A stretch of DNA of 64,000 nucleotides from NCBI GenBank assembly GCA_017616775.1, contig JAFZXM010000052.1, positions 77,282-141,281 on the forward strand. Reading direction: 5' to 3'. The notes beneath the pieces are model-generated. The model worked only from the letters and a program-made list of their open reading frames with translations, ran no database searches and had not been told where the DNA came from. The translations under genes and the position numbers were made by a program. This document shows, piece after piece, positions 1-14,703 of the stretch. The first letter of the stretch is position 1, and the number at the start of each line of letters is the position of its first letter. This stretch comes from Bacteroidales bacterium (GTDB taxonomy: Bacteria > Bacteroidota > Bacteroidia > Bacteroidales > WCHB1-69).

Positions 1-1
1 A

Positions 2-3000
2 ATGAGTATGCGGCGTTGGGTGCATCTTAATCCCGAAGCAACGGCTACGGTATATGTGGTGACGGGTTTCGGCAAATCCCGTCAGCAAGTGTTGCAGATA
101 GTGCAATTGTATAATAATAAAATGTCCATTAACAATGCTTTTGAATTGGCAACGGTTTATAGCAATATGCGTACCGCTTATTCTTTGTTGAAAGGAGAGC
201 AGATGTATTTGTACAACAGTATTGCCAAATATATGATGCAAACGGCCACCTGCGGTGTGTTTCACCAGAAAGCATTGGCAGACAACACTTTATCCCAATC
301 GGCATTGTGGAAATACGGCATATCGGGCGATTTGGCCATATTGTTGCTCGAAATAGACAGTGCCGATAAGTCATCTTATGCCAAAGAAATGTTGCAGGCC
401 TTTGAATATTATAAAAACAGGGGTATGCATTTGGATGTGGTTATTATCAACGATGCCCCTGAAGGTCAGCAGGAACAGTTGACCAAATATATATATGATA
501 TGGCCAATATAGAACATTTGAGTTATGTGCATAATCCTATAGGAAAGGTTTATGTGATAGACGGTCATCATATCAGCGGTGAAGAAAGAACACTTTTCCG
601 GACGGTGGCAAGAGTAAGTTTTACAACAGCCAACAGTTTGTCCATTACTGAGCAGATAGCCAAAATGGAATCGGAATACCAATATTATCAGGATAAAGAG
701 CACTATGGTATCTTGAGGGCGGAAAAGAATATAGTCACAGATGCCCAAAGTATGCAATTGGCGTTTTACAATCGTTACGGCGGCTTTTCACACAATGGAA
801 AGCAATATGTTATACATGACACCAATACTCCGATGCCATGGGTGAATGTGTTGGCCAATCCGTATTTCGGATGCATAGTGAGTGCCACCATGAGCGGATT
901 TACTTATGCTTACAATGCACAACAGTTCAAGCTTACGGCATGGTCCAATGATATGGCGTATGACCCTGCTTCAGAAATGCTTTTGGTGCAGAAAAAACAG
1001 TTCATCCCGGCAAATGCTATCCATGGTTTGGGCTGGTCCGGGTTTGAATCTTGTTATAAGGATTATAAAGTGCAGGTGCAATTGTTTGTGGCAAAAGACA
1101 GCCCTGCAAAATTCTATCATATCAGTCTTACCAGTTTGTCGTCCCAAGAGCAGACATTGCAATTGAGCATGGTGTATAAATTGGTGTTGGGTACCAATGA
1201 GGAGGAAACCGCCCGCTATTTGTTTTCGGAGTGGAAGCCGCAGGATAACACCTTGTATGTCCGTAATATGTATCATGAAGTGTATCGGCAGAAACAAGTG
1301 TGTTTGAGTGCAACCGAAAAGATAGAGGATGCCCAAATTGATTATCCGAACAGGAAAATGCTTACGGTAAGTGTAAATCTTCCTGCCAATGCCACTAAAG
1401 ATTTGGCTTTCGTGATAGCCTGCAGGGAGGAGTCCCAAGAGCCTTATCGGCAATGGACCATGGACGAAATAGAGGGGCAGTACAAGCAGGTACAGGATTT
1501 TTGGCAAAATAATCTGTCGGTATTGCAGGTGGAAACCGATGACGATAAGTTTAATTATATGGTCAATTATTGGTATTTATACCAAGTGTATTCCGCCCGA
1601 TTGTTTGCAAGAGCGGGTTTTTATCAGGTAGGCGGCGCTATAGGTTTTAGAGACCAGCTGCAAGATGTGATGAGCGTGCTGTACAGCAACAGTGATTTTG
1701 CCCGCAAGCAAATATTGATGCATGCCTCACATCAGTTTAAGCAGGGCGATGTATTGCATTGGTGGCACGATGATTTGCGCATAGGAGCGCGTACTACCTT
1801 TTCCGATGATTATTTATGGTTGATATATGTATGTTATCAGTATATCACGGTGACGGGAGATGACAGCATATTGGAAGAGCAGGTGCCTTATGCCGAAGCG
1901 GAAATGCTTCGCGACGGTGAAGCGGAACGGGGCATGCCGTTCAGGATAGGAGAGCAAAAAGACACCCTATATCAGCATTTGAAATTGTGTATAGAAAAAG
2001 CTTTGCGTCAAATGGGGCCGCATCATTTGCCGCTTATGGGATGCGGGGACTGGAATGACGGCATGAGCAAAGTGGGCGTGGAAGGAAAAGGCGAAAGTGT
2101 ATGGGTGGCGTTCTTTTTAATAGATTTATTACCTAAAATGGCAGCATTGTCGCGTAAGCAAGAGGATGGAGCATTTGCCGGAAAATGTGAAAACGCCGTT
2201 CCCGCATTGCGTCAGGCATTACAAGACAATGCTTGGGATGGAGCATGGTTCCTGCGTGCTTATTTCGATAACGGAGATTCCATGGGCTCCCGAAATAATG
2301 CGGAATGTCAAATAGATTTGATATCACAGGCTTGGAGTATACTTACCAATGTGGCAGGTGAGGAGCAAAAGAAATCTATATTCAAAGAAGTGGAAACACG
2401 ATTGGTGAACAAAGAGCACGAAATTATCCAATTGCTGACACCGGCATTTAAATTGTCCAAAAACAATCCGGGATATATTATGGATTATCCCAAAGGAGTG
2501 AGAGAAAACGGCGGTCAGTACACACATGGTGCAATGTGGTATATTATGGCATTGTTGCAAGAAGGAAAGGTGGATCAGGCTTATTTCTATTATTCCATTA
2601 TCAATCCTATCCACCGCACCTCCACTTTGGCCGATGTGCTTAAATATAAAGTAGAACCCTATTGTATAGCTGCCGATATATATTCTAACAAACAGCATGC
2701 GGGTCGTGGCGGATGGACATGGTATACCGGTTCGGCATCGTGGGCGTATAAAGTGGGAGTGGAAAATATATTGGGATTGCAATTAAGAGGAACAGAATTG
2801 TCGTTCGATCCCCATGTGCCCACCTCTTGGAGACAGTTTACCGTTCATTACCGATACGGCAATACGACCTATCATTGTCGTTGCCATTTTGCCGAATGCG
2901 AATTCCCCAAAGGTCAATGGCATTTGACACGGTTGACGGAAAACGGCAATCCATCCGGCAGACAGGTTGTTGTTTTGCAGGATGACGGTTTGCAGCATGA

Positions 3001-3022
3001 TTTGGATTGGTATTTTGAATAA
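2..3022 (+). CDS. GH94-family glycoside phosphorylase / cyclic beta-1,2-glucan synthase-like C-terminal region (probably 5'-truncated by the window edge)
   Basis: ORF is open to the left edge, so the ATG at 2 may be internal. The motif GCGDWNDGMSKVG and the surrounding barrel-like region match what I know of GH94 cellobiose/chitobiose phosphorylases and NdvB-type C-terminal domains. Confidence 0.7.
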   Translation: MSMRRWVHLNPEATATVYVVTGFGKSRQQVLQIVQLYNNKMSINNAFELATVYSNMRTAYSLLKGEQMYLYNSIAKYMMQTATCGVFHQKALADNTLSQSALWKYGISGDLAILLLEIDSADKSSYAKEMLQAFEYYKNRGMHLDVVIINDAPEGQQEQLTKYIYDMANIEHLSYVHNPIGKVYVIDGHHISGEERTLFRTVARVSFTTANSLSITEQIAKMESEYQYYQDKEHYGILRAEKNIVTDAQSMQLAFYNRYGGFSHNGKQYVIHDTNTPMPWVNVLANPYFGCIVSATMSGFTYAYNAQQFKLTAWSNDMAYDPASEMLLVQKKQFIPANAIHGLGWSGFESCYKDYKVQVQLFVAKDSPAKFYHISLTSLSSQEQTLQLSMVYKLVLGTNEEETARYLFSEWKPQDNTLYVRNMYHEVYRQKQVCLSATEKIEDAQIDYPNRKMLTVSVNLPANATKDLAFVIACREESQEPYRQWTMDEIEGQYKQVQDFWQNNLSVLQVETDDDKFNYMVNYWYLYQVYSARLFARAGFYQVGGAIGFRDQLQDVMSVLYSNSDFARKQILMHASHQFKQGDVLHWWHDDLRIGARTTFSDDYLWLIYVCYQYITVTGDDSILEEQVPYAEAEMLRDGEAERGMPFRIGEQKDTLYQHLKLCIEKALRQMGPHHLPLMGCGDWNDGMSKVGVEGKGESVWVAFFLIDLLPKMAALSRKQEDGAFAGKCENAVPALRQALQDNAWDGAWFLRAYFDNGDSMGSRNNAECQIDLISQAWSILTNVAGEEQKKSIFKEVETRLVNKEHEIIQLLTPAFKLSKNNPGYIMDYPKGVRENGGQYTHGAMWYIMALLQEGKVDQAYFYYSIINPIHRTSTLADVLKYKVEPYCIAADIYSNKQHAGRGGWTWYTGSASWAYKVGVENILGLQLRGTELSFDPHVPTSWRQFTVHYRYGNTTYHCRCHFAECEFPKGQWHLTRLTENGNPSGRQVVVLQDDGLQHDLDWYFE

Positions 3023-3058
3023 TCAACAAAAAAAATGACAAACCATAAAAAAAAATGT

Positions 3059-3066
3059 TACCTTTG
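3059..3066 (+). promoter_or_regulatory. Bacteroidota -7 promoter box (TACCTTTG) for gcvT
   Basis: Exact TAnnTTTG match 47 nt upstream of ATG 3113. Confidence 0.5.
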
Positions 3067-3112
3067 CATAATTAATAAAACAAGCATAATAATTTAAATA
3101 TAAATATCAAGT

Positions 3113-4216
3113 ATGAAAAACACACCGTTTACACAAAAGCACATTGATTTGGGTGCCAAGATGGCAGAATTTGCAGGTTATAATATGCCCATATCGTATG
3201 AAGGATTGATAATAGAACATAATAATGTAAGAAATGCCGTGGGCGTATTTGACGTATCGCACATGGGCGAATTCAGGGCTAAAGGTCCAAAAGCATTTGA
3301 GTTTGTTCAATATTGTACTTCTAACGATATAGCCTCATTATACGATGGCAAGGTATTATATACGGTATTGCCTAACGGTAAAGGCGGAATAGTGGACGAT
3401 ATGCTGGTATATCGTATTTCGGAACAAGAATATTTTATGGTTCCCAATGCCGCCAATATAGAAAAAGATTGGAATTGGATGAGTAAGATAGCCGAAGAAA
3501 AAGGTTTGGTGTTGGGTAAAGATTTCACCAATGAAAGCGATTGCTACGGACAATTGGCAGTGCAGGGTCCTTTGGCACTCAAAGCCATGCAAAAACTCAC
3601 CTCCACCCCTATAGAAGATATGGAATATTACACATTCAAATTTTTGACATTTGCCGGCATAGACAACGTATTGTTATCCACCACAGGCTATACCGGAGCA
3701 GGTGGCTGTGAAATATATTTCGATAAAAAATATGCCGATAAAATATGGGATGCCGTATTCGAAGCCGGCAAAGAATTCGGTATCAAGCCTGCAGGCTTGG
3801 GCTGCCGCGATACTTTGCGTTTGGAAATGGGCTTTTGCCTTTACGGACATGAAATCAACGATGAAACATCACCTATAGAAGCCGGTTTGAACTGGTTGAC
3901 CAAATTTGTTGACGGTAACAATTTTATCGACAGAGAACGCCTGGAACAACAAAAAGCCAATGGCGTAAGCAAAAAACTGGTGGGATTGGAAATGATAGAC
4001 CGTGGTATTCCCCGTCAAGGATATGAGGTGTGCGATGCCCAGGGCAATGTGATAGGTCATATCTGTTCGGGTACACAATCTCCGTCGTGCGGCAAAGCTA
4101 TAGCCACAGCTCATGTAGCCACAGCTTTCAGTAAAAAAGATACTGAAATATATGTAAAGATAAGAGAAAAACTTTTGAAAGCGGTAGTAGTTAAAATGCC
4201 TTTCTACAAAGGCTGA
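3113..4216 (+). CDS. gcvT: glycine cleavage system T protein (aminomethyltransferase)
   Basis: 367 aa. HIDLGAKMAEFAGYNMPISY and VFDVSHMGEF are typical GcvT signatures. Followed by an intrinsic terminator. Confidence 0.9.
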   Translation: MKNTPFTQKHIDLGAKMAEFAGYNMPISYEGLIIEHNNVRNAVGVFDVSHMGEFRAKGPKAFEFVQYCTSNDIASLYDGKVLYTVLPNGKGGIVDDMLVYRISEQEYFMVPNAANIEKDWNWMSKIAEEKGLVLGKDFTNESDCYGQLAVQGPLALKAMQKLTSTPIEDMEYYTFKFLTFAGIDNVLLSTTGYTGAGGCEIYFDKKYADKIWDAVFEAGKEFGIKPAGLGCRDTLRLEMGFCLYGHEINDETSPIEAGLNWLTKFVDGNNFIDRERLEQQKANGVSKKLVGLEMIDRGIPRQGYEVCDAQGNVIGHICSGTQSPSCGKAIATAHVATAFSKKDTEIYVKIREKLLKAVVVKMPFYKG

Positions 4217-4234
4217 TTGCAATAGCTTGGATTA

Positions 4235-4267
4235 AACGGGGCAACAGATGTTGCCCCGTTGTTTTTT
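4235..4267 (+). terminator. rho-independent terminator after gcvT
   Basis: AACGGGGCAAC-agat-GTTGCCCCGTT stem-loop followed by a T run. Confidence 0.8.
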
Positions 4268-4344
4268 ATGCAGGTGAAAATGAATTGTTTATACAGGAGT
4301 GTAAAAAAATATAGGAGATTGGCTCTTATTTGAAAAAAAAATTG

Positions 4345-4352
4345 TACCTTTG
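4345..4352 (+). promoter_or_regulatory. -7 promoter box (TACCTTTG) for rpmH
   Basis: TAnnTTTG 48 nt upstream of ATG 4400. Confidence 0.5.
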
Positions 4353-4399
4353 CATTCCGTTATAAAAATGCATAGTAGGGTTAATAAAATATAAGAGAG

Positions 4400-4564
4400 A
4401 TGAAAAGAACATTCCAACCTTCATTAAAGAAGAGAACCAACAAGCATGGTTTTAGAAAAAGAATGTCTACCGCGAATGGTAGAAGAGTTTTGGCTGCAAG
4501 AAGAGCAAAAGGAAGAAGAAAATTAACTGTTTCTGACGAAAAATTAAGTGGCAGAAAATTCTAA
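4400..4564 (+). CDS. rpmH: 50S ribosomal protein L34
   Basis: Absent from the ORF track (54 codons). ATG at 4400, TAA at 4562-4564. [44 protein letters not shown] is the near-invariant L34 sequence. Confidence 0.92.
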   Translation: MKRTFQPSLKKRTNKHGFRKRMSTANGRRVLAARRAKGRRKLTVSDEKLSGRKF

Positions 4565-4641
4565 TTTAGCAAATTTTCTAAAAAAACATAGAGTGGGTAA
4601 TGAATGAAGTTGCTCACTTTTTTTTGTATTGGTATTTATGC

Positions 4642-4649
4642 TATCTTTG
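4642..4649 (+). promoter_or_regulatory. -7 promoter box (TATCTTTG) for the YfhO-like gene
   Basis: TAnnTTTG 22 nt upstream of ATG 4671. Confidence 0.55.
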
Positions 4650-4670
4650 CAATAATAAATTATTGGTGAT

Positions 4671-7169
4671 ATGACAAAAGAGAACAAAATCAAAATTTTA
4701 AAACATGTATTGGCTGTAGTTGTGATGGCCGTCATTACTTTGGTGTATTTCAAACCCTTGCTCGACGGGGAAGATGTGCGTCAATCGGATATGATGTTCT
4801 TTGAGGGCATGAGTAAGGAATTGAAAGACTATCATGCCGCTACCGGAGATTATTCTTATTGGACCAATGCCATGTTTTCGGGCATGCCTGCAGCTTATTT
4901 GTATGCCAAACCCGATGCCAATGTATATTGGTGGATGGGGCTTCCCATTCAAAAAGGAACCCCTATGATGAGTTATGGCATTATATTGATGATGCTATTG
5001 TGTTTTTATATAGCCATGTGCCAATTGGATGTGCATCCTTTGGTGGCGTTTGCCGCCTCGCTGGCATATGCTTTTTGCTCATATAATCTTATTATCATAG
5101 AGGCGGGACACGTAACCAAAGCATATACTATCGCTTCCATACCGTTGGTGGTGACGGGTGTTATTTTGGCTTATCGCAACAAGTATTTGGCAGGAGGTTT
5201 GTTGTTTATGTTCGGCTTTGGTTTCAGCCTGGCACAATCGCATCCTCAAATCACCTATTACACGGGAATAGCCGTTGCCATATACGTGTTGGTGATATTG
5301 GTATATGCCATTGTCAATAAATCCCTGCTGAATTTTGCAAAAGCCAGCGCCGTGTTGGCGGTAGCGGCCTTATTGGCTGTATTGCCCAATGTGGGCAATC
5401 TTTACACTTCTTACGATTATTCCAAAGAAAGCATGCGGGGTCAGAGTGAATTGACAGCCAAGTCAACAGCATCGGGTCTGGATTATGATTATGCCTATGC
5501 GTGGAGCTATGGAAAAGGTGAAACCTTTACATTGTTAATTCCCAATGCAAGAGGCGGAGCGTCTCATCCTGACAGTTGGGAAGCCTATCAAAAAGATTTG
5601 CCCCAAACCATCTCCACCTTGCAATCCACCTCTTTAGGGCAAGATCCTAATCAACTTCTGCAACAATGTTCAGCCTATTGGGGTGCCCAGCCGTTCACTT
5701 CGGGGCCGGTGTATGCGGGAGCGGCGGTGTGCTTGTTGTTTGTGCTGAGTATGTTCTGGATAAAGGGAGAAATGAGAATATGGGCTATTGCGGTGTTTGT
5801 ATGCTCCATAGTGTTTGCATGGGGAAAATTTTGTCCCGCTGTCAATGATTTCATGTTCTATCATTTCCCGCTGTTTAATAAGTTCAGAACACCTTCCATG
5901 ATATTGGTGCTGACGACTTTTGTGATGGCGTTTTTCGGTTTTTACGGGCTTAAAGCCTTGTATAACAATGAGCTTAAACAGGATTATTTGAAAAAAAGTT
6001 TGTATATATCCATGGCAATAGTGGGTGGCTCGTGTTTTCTGATAGCCATAATGCCCAATTTGTTTTTCAATTTTTCCGTAGAACGGGATGCCGCCTTGCC
6101 CGAAGTGTTGCAATCATCCCTGATAGCAGACAGGAAAGCTTTGTGTGTGGCTGATGCGTGGAGGTCTTTGATATTTATAGCCCTGGCCTTTGCGGTATTA
6201 TATTTGGGCGTAAATAAAAAGTTGAAAACCAATTATGTTGTCATGGCTTTGGCCGCAATTGTTTTGATAGACTTATGGGGTGTGGATAAGCGGTATTTGA
6301 ATGACGGGGATTTTGAAAAACACGATCAGGCTGTATCGCAGCAATATGCAATGACACCATGTGACAATGCGATTTTGGCGGATAAAACACCGGGTTATAG
6401 AGTGCTTAATTTGGCGGCTAATCCTTTTACCGATACACATGCCTCTTATTTTCACCATTCCATAGGTGGGTATCACGGTGCCAAATTGAGAAGGTATCAG
6501 GAATTTGTGGATTCGGTGATGGTGAATGATTTACAAACGTTCAGCACTCAAATCGGCAATGTGCGTTCCGATTCCGAAGTAGTGGCGCTCACCTCATCAC
6601 TTAAGAGTTTGAATATGCTTAATGCAAAATATTTTATATTCCAATATCAGGCGCAGCCGTTTGTGAATCCTTCTGTGTATGGTCCGGCTTGGATAGTGAA
6701 TGATGTGCAATGGGTGAATGATGCCAATGAAGAGTTGGCTATGACCAAAAATGCGGATACGCGTCATGTGGCCGTTGTCGATAAAAAATTCAAAGAAAAA
6801 TTGAGCGGTTTTGCAGCAAATGACGACAATCAATCGGAGATTATGCTTTTGAAGCAGACGTCCAATACCTGCGAATACAAAGTAAATGCGCAAAGTGATG
6901 TTTTGGCTGTGTTTTCCGAAATATATTATCCTAAATATTGGAAAGTGAGCATAGACGGAAAAGAAACAGACGGACTGATACGTGCGGATTATATTTTAAG
7001 GGCGCTTAAAATTCCTCAAGGCGAACATACGGTTAAATTTGAATTTTATCCTTCCTCATGGTTTGCGGCACGCAATTTATCCATGATAAGTTCTGTTATC
7101 ATCATATTGCTGGTGTTGGGAACAGCAGTATATAAATATGGGTATGAGCCTCGTAAAAAAACATGCTGA
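4671..7169 (+). CDS. YfhO-family polytopic membrane protein (putative glycosyl-transfer/lipid-linked glycan enzyme)
   Basis: 832 aa. Many N-terminal TM helices plus one C-terminal TM. The N-terminal region ..WTNAMFSGMPAAYLY.. is typical of Bacteroidota YfhO-like proteins. Confidence 0.65.
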   Translation: MTKENKIKILKHVLAVVVMAVITLVYFKPLLDGEDVRQSDMMFFEGMSKELKDYHAATGDYSYWTNAMFSGMPAAYLYAKPDANVYWWMGLPIQKGTPMMSYGIILMMLLCFYIAMCQLDVHPLVAFAASLAYAFCSYNLIIIEAGHVTKAYTIASIPLVVTGVILAYRNKYLAGGLLFMFGFGFSLAQSHPQITYYTGIAVAIYVLVILVYAIVNKSLLNFAKASAVLAVAALLAVLPNVGNLYTSYDYSKESMRGQSELTAKSTASGLDYDYAYAWSYGKGETFTLLIPNARGGASHPDSWEAYQKDLPQTISTLQSTSLGQDPNQLLQQCSAYWGAQPFTSGPVYAGAAVCLLFVLSMFWIKGEMRIWAIAVFVCSIVFAWGKFCPAVNDFMFYHFPLFNKFRTPSMILVLTTFVMAFFGFYGLKALYNNELKQDYLKKSLYISMAIVGGSCFLIAIMPNLFFNFSVERDAALPEVLQSSLIADRKALCVADAWRSLIFIALAFAVLYLGVNKKLKTNYVVMALAAIVLIDLWGVDKRYLNDGDFEKHDQAVSQQYAMTPCDNAILADKTPGYRVLNLAANPFTDTHASYFHHSIGGYHGAKLRRYQEFVDSVMVNDLQTFSTQIGNVRSDSEVVALTSSLKSLNMLNAKYFIFQYQAQPFVNPSVYGPAWIVNDVQWVNDANEELAMTKNADTRHVAVVDKKFKEKLSGFAANDDNQSEIMLLKQTSNTCEYKVNAQSDVLAVFSEIYYPKYWKVSIDGKETDGLIRADYILRALKIPQGEHTVKFEFYPSSWFAARNLSMISSVIIILLVLGTAVYKYGYEPRKKTC

Positions 7170-7188
7170 AGCCTAAAAGCACGGATAT

Positions 7189-7222
7189 AAAAAAAACGCA
7201 CATATGCTTATGTGCGTTTTTT
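7189..7222. terminator. bidirectional terminator between convergent YfhO-like gene and rpmF
   Basis: A-run, ACGCACAT-atgctt-ATGTGCGT hairpin, T-run. Confidence 0.75.
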
Positions 7223-7242
7223 ATTTTTTAGTATTAACAAAA

Positions 7243-7434
7243 TTATGCTTCAACTTCATTTTTGGGTGCAATAGCTTGTTCGCCACGATAGTAACCGCAT
7301 TCAGGACATACGTGGTGATACATAACTGCGGTGCCGCAGTTGGAGCATTCCATTAATTGAGGAGCCACCGCTTTATCGTGGGTTCTTCTTTTGTCTCTTC
7401 TTGTTGCAGAATGTCTTCTTTTCGGATTTGGCAT
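7243..7434 (-). CDS. rpmF: 50S ribosomal protein L32
   Basis: The MPNPKRRHSATRRDKRRTHDK start is classic L32. CxxC...CxxC zinc ribbon present. Confidence 0.92.
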   Translation of the reverse strand: MPNPKRRHSATRRDKRRTHDKAVAPQLMECSNCGTAVMYHHVCPECGYYRGEQAIAPKNEVEA

Positions 7435-7472
7435 GACTAATATTATTTTAAAAATTATATACTCTTATTATT

Positions 7473-8012
7473 TTATTCCTCTAATTTTATTTTTTTCAAA
7501 GCATCCCAACGGCTGTCGTAATGAGGCTCTTGAGATTGCTCCTGATTTTTTTGTATCAATTCAAGCATCAGCGGATTGCACCTGTCGTTGTCATTCTTGT
7601 TAGAATGTTCTTTACGAATGGGAATCGCTACCATCAGATATTCGTAGATGTATTGTTCCACATTGAATTTATAATCTTTTTCTGTAATGAATACAATATC
7701 TTCATCATCACTTGTGCGGGGAGTGTCCACTTTTTTCAGTATCAGTTTGTCATGTTTTGATACAGAAATGTGCATTTCTTCCAAACATATGTCACATGTG
7801 GAAACCAAATAACCCTGCATGTCAAAATCCATATTGACGATATTGTCTTCACAAGATACCATCAGTTTTATCAATACGTTTGCATCTGTAATATCTTCAT
7901 TTACATGCTTTTCAAAGAACGTTTTGTCCACCTGCATATCAAAATCGTGTTTCCCGTTTTTCAAGGAAGCGATATTGATATCAAATTGTTTAAAATACGT
8001 TTTATCTTCCAT
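7473..8012 (-). CDS. YceD/DUF177-family protein (23S rRNA accumulation protein)
   Basis: Sits directly upstream of rpmF, the classic yceD-rpmF pair. Acidic protein with a CDICLEE motif. Start moved to ATG 8012 because a -7 box (8036-8043) lies inside the longer track ORF. Confidence 0.7.
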   Translation of the reverse strand: MEDKTYFKQFDINIASLKNGKHDFDMQVDKTFFEKHVNEDITDANVLIKLMVSCEDNIVNMDFDMQGYLVSTCDICLEEMHISVSKHDKLILKKVDTPRTSDDEDIVFITEKDYKFNVEQYIYEYLMVAIPIRKEHSNKNDNDRCNPLMLELIQKNQEQSQEPHYDSRWDALKKIKLEE

Positions 8013-8035
8013 GAAACATATTCCAATAAGACTTG

Positions 8036-8043
8036 CAAAGGTA
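8036..8043 (-). promoter_or_regulatory. -7 promoter box (TACCTTTG on minus strand) for yceD-rpmF
   Basis: The forward-strand sequence CAAAGGTA is the reverse complement of TACCTTTG. It lies 24 nt upstream of ATG 8012. Confidence 0.5.
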
Positions 8044-8420
8044 GCATTTTTTATTGAATTAAAAGGCAAACAACATGGATTTTTTTTTCAATGGCTTGTA
8101 AAAAGATAAGGCACAATTGTATTTGTTCCGGGCCGCTGGCAAGTTAAAATATAGTTGATCAATAAAAAAAAGTCGGCAACATGTTTTTATACAATAAATG
8201 AAATTGCAATGCGATACTCAAAAAACAGATGAAAATGTTATTACCAAAAATTTGTAAAAGAATAGCAAGGAAGAAAACATCCACTGCTATTTTATTGGTA
8301 TTGTTCCATGTAATAGTTGTTTCGCAAGAGCAATACATGAATAGTTTTGATAATCATGTTTGCAATCATAAATTGAGAGTACCCCAATATATTTTAATTC
8401 TAAATTCAAAAAACGAAGGT

Positions 8421-12924
<4,504 letters not shown>

Positions 12925-12951
12925 GCAGAGATTATATTTTTTATAAATACG

Positions 12952-12959
12952 CAAAATTA
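12952..12959 (-). promoter_or_regulatory. -7 promoter box (TAATTTTG on minus strand)
   Basis: The forward-strand sequence CAAAATTA is the reverse complement of TAATTTTG. It lies 28 nt upstream of ATG 12924. Confidence 0.5.
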
Positions 12960-13166
12960 TCATTTTTATTATTACTATACGCTAAAAAAAACTGCATAAT
13001 TTAGCGGAGGCATTGACTTTTCCCGTTTTATGCGTATAAGGGAATAGGTTTTAAAAAAAAAATACCAGTGCCAAACTGCAGCCGGTAGGCTGCACGGGGA
13101 AGAAAAAACAGTGTGTGCAAAACGGATTTTGCGGTCCGGCAAAGGGCGGAGAAGGGGATGATGTAT

Positions 13167-13197
13167 AAAAAAAGGTTGCCTTGATGGCAACCTTTTT
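13167..13197 (-). terminator. terminator after the aminotransferase gene (hairpin flanked by A and T runs)
   Basis: AAAGGTTGCC-ttgat-GGCAACCTTT with flanking A/T runs, 18 nt past the stop codon. Confidence 0.75.
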
Positions 13198-13214
13198 ATG
13201 TGATTGTGATTTTT

Positions 13215-14417
13215 TTATTGCAATTTAGCCAAGGCTTCTTTAATGCGGCGGATAGCTTCTTTGAGTAAATCTTCCGAGGTGGCATACGACAAGCGGATGC
13301 ATTTGTCGTCACCGAAAGCCACACCCATAACGGTGGCTACATTGGCTTCGTGCAAGAGGTACATGGACAAATCGGTGCTGTTGTTGATTTTGAAATCCTT
13401 GTACGATGTTCCGTAATAGGCGCTTACTTCAGGGAAGAAATAGAATGCACCTTGGGGCAGACATACCTTGATGTCGGGTATTTCTTGTAAAAGGCTGTAA
13501 ACCAAATCCCTTCTTTGTAAGAATTTGTTGCGCATATTGATAATGTCTTCGCTTTCGGCAGGATTAATCAACATGGCTGCCACTGTCGCTTTTTGAGCTA
13601 TGGAGCAGGTGGCGGAGGTAACCTGACCTTGCAGTTTGTTGCAGGCCTTGACTATTGCCGTCGGGGCGCCAATAAATCCTATACGCCAGCCTGTCATGGC
13701 AAAGCCCTTGGCAACACCGTTGACGGTGATAACCCTGTCTTTTATATTCTCAAATTGCGCTATGCTTTCGTGTTTGCCCACAAAATTGATGTGTTCGTAT
13801 ATCTCATCAGCCATAACGAGTATGTGTTCGTATTTGGCCAATACGTCAGCCAATGCTTTGAGCTCGGCTTTGGTGTATAGCATGCCCGTGGGGTTGGAAG
13901 GACTGCTGAACATGATGAGTTTGGTTTTCGGCGTGATGGCCGCTTCCAATTGTTGCGGTGTGATTTTGAAATCGTTTTCAATTTTGGTTTGTACATAAAC
14001 ACATTTGCCGCCGGCCACTTGTACAATCGCTTTGTACGACACCCAGAACGGAGTGGGGATAATCACTTCGTCTCCGGGGTTGACGGTAGCCATTACCAAT
14101 TGGTAAATCGATTGTTTGGCACCTGTGGAGACGATGATTTGTTCGGGCTTGTAGTCCAAATTGTTGTCTCTTTTGAATTTAAGACTGATGGCTTCCCTTA
14201 AATCCGCATAACCGGGCACGGGAGGATAATGAGTGAAATTGTCGTCTATTGCTTTCTTGGCGGCTTCTTTGACTATTTCCGGAGTGTTAAAATCCGGTTC
14301 GCCTATGCTTAAACTTATCACATCTTTACCTTGAGCTTTCAACTCGCGTGCCGCTTGCGTCATGGCTAAAGTCTCCGACTCTGCCATTTGCATAATTCTG
14401 TCTGATATGTAATTCAT
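13215..14417 (-). CDS. PLP-dependent aminotransferase (aspartate/aromatic aminotransferase class I)
   Basis: 400 aa. LSIGEPDFNTP near the N-terminus and PLP-lysine context NGVAKGFAMTGWRIGF. Confidence 0.85.
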   Translation of the reverse strand: MNYISDRIMQMAESETLAMTQAARELKAQGKDVISLSIGEPDFNTPEIVKEAAKKAIDDNFTHYPPVPGYADLREAISLKFKRDNNLDYKPEQIIVSTGAKQSIYQLVMATVNPGDEVIIPTPFWVSYKAIVQVAGGKCVYVQTKIENDFKITPQQLEAAITPKTKLIMFSSPSNPTGMLYTKAELKALADVLAKYEHILVMADEIYEHINFVGKHESIAQFENIKDRVITVNGVAKGFAMTGWRIGFIGAPTAIVKACNKLQGQVTSATCSIAQKATVAAMLINPAESEDIINMRNKFLQRRDLVYSLLQEIPDIKVCLPQGAFYFFPEVSAYYGTSYKDFKINNSTDLSMYLLHEANVATVMGVAFGDDKCIRLSYATSEDLLKEAIRRIKEALAKLQ

Positions 14418-14459
14418 TATTATATTGTTTTGTTTTTATTCTTAATAGAGTATAAAATA

Positions 14460-14467
14460 CAAAGATA
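14460..14467 (-). promoter_or_regulatory. -7 promoter box (TATCTTTG on minus strand)
   Basis: The forward-strand sequence CAAAGATA is the reverse complement of TATCTTTG. It lies 43 nt upstream of ATG 14417. Confidence 0.45.
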
Positions 14468-14491
14468 CCACTTTTTGTTGAAATACACTTT

Positions 14492-14686
14492 TTATGCTTC
14501 CATATCGTAATCAGAACATATCCATACTATGATGTATAATAATCCGCCACCGCCGCCGGCTAATAATAAAACGCACATCAATATACGGATCAAAGTGGGG
14601 TCAACTTCAAAATAGTGGGCAATGCCACTGCATACACCTGCTATTTTGGCTTCTGACCGGTTTCTGTAAAATTTTTTGTATGACAT
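14492..14686 (-). CDS. PspC-domain membrane protein
   Basis: 64 aa. FYRNRSEAKIAGVCSGIAHYFEVDPTLIRIL followed by one TM helix. Confidence 0.7.
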   Translation of the reverse strand: MSYKKFYRNRSEAKIAGVCSGIAHYFEVDPTLIRILMCVLLLAGGGGGLLYIIVWICSDYDMEA

Positions 14687-14703
14687 AATAGGTGTTTTAA
14701 TGA

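Noticed and set aside
3023-3112. Glycine riboswitch upstream of gcvT
   Set aside because: The leader is about 45 nt of almost pure A/T after the -7 box. There is no room or GC content for the tandem glycine aptamers.
12975-13190. 71-aa minus-strand ORF in the OMP/aminotransferase intergenic region
   Set aside because: It spans the terminator hairpin and the GC-rich non-coding block. Its P/F/H-rich composition looks implausible for a protein.
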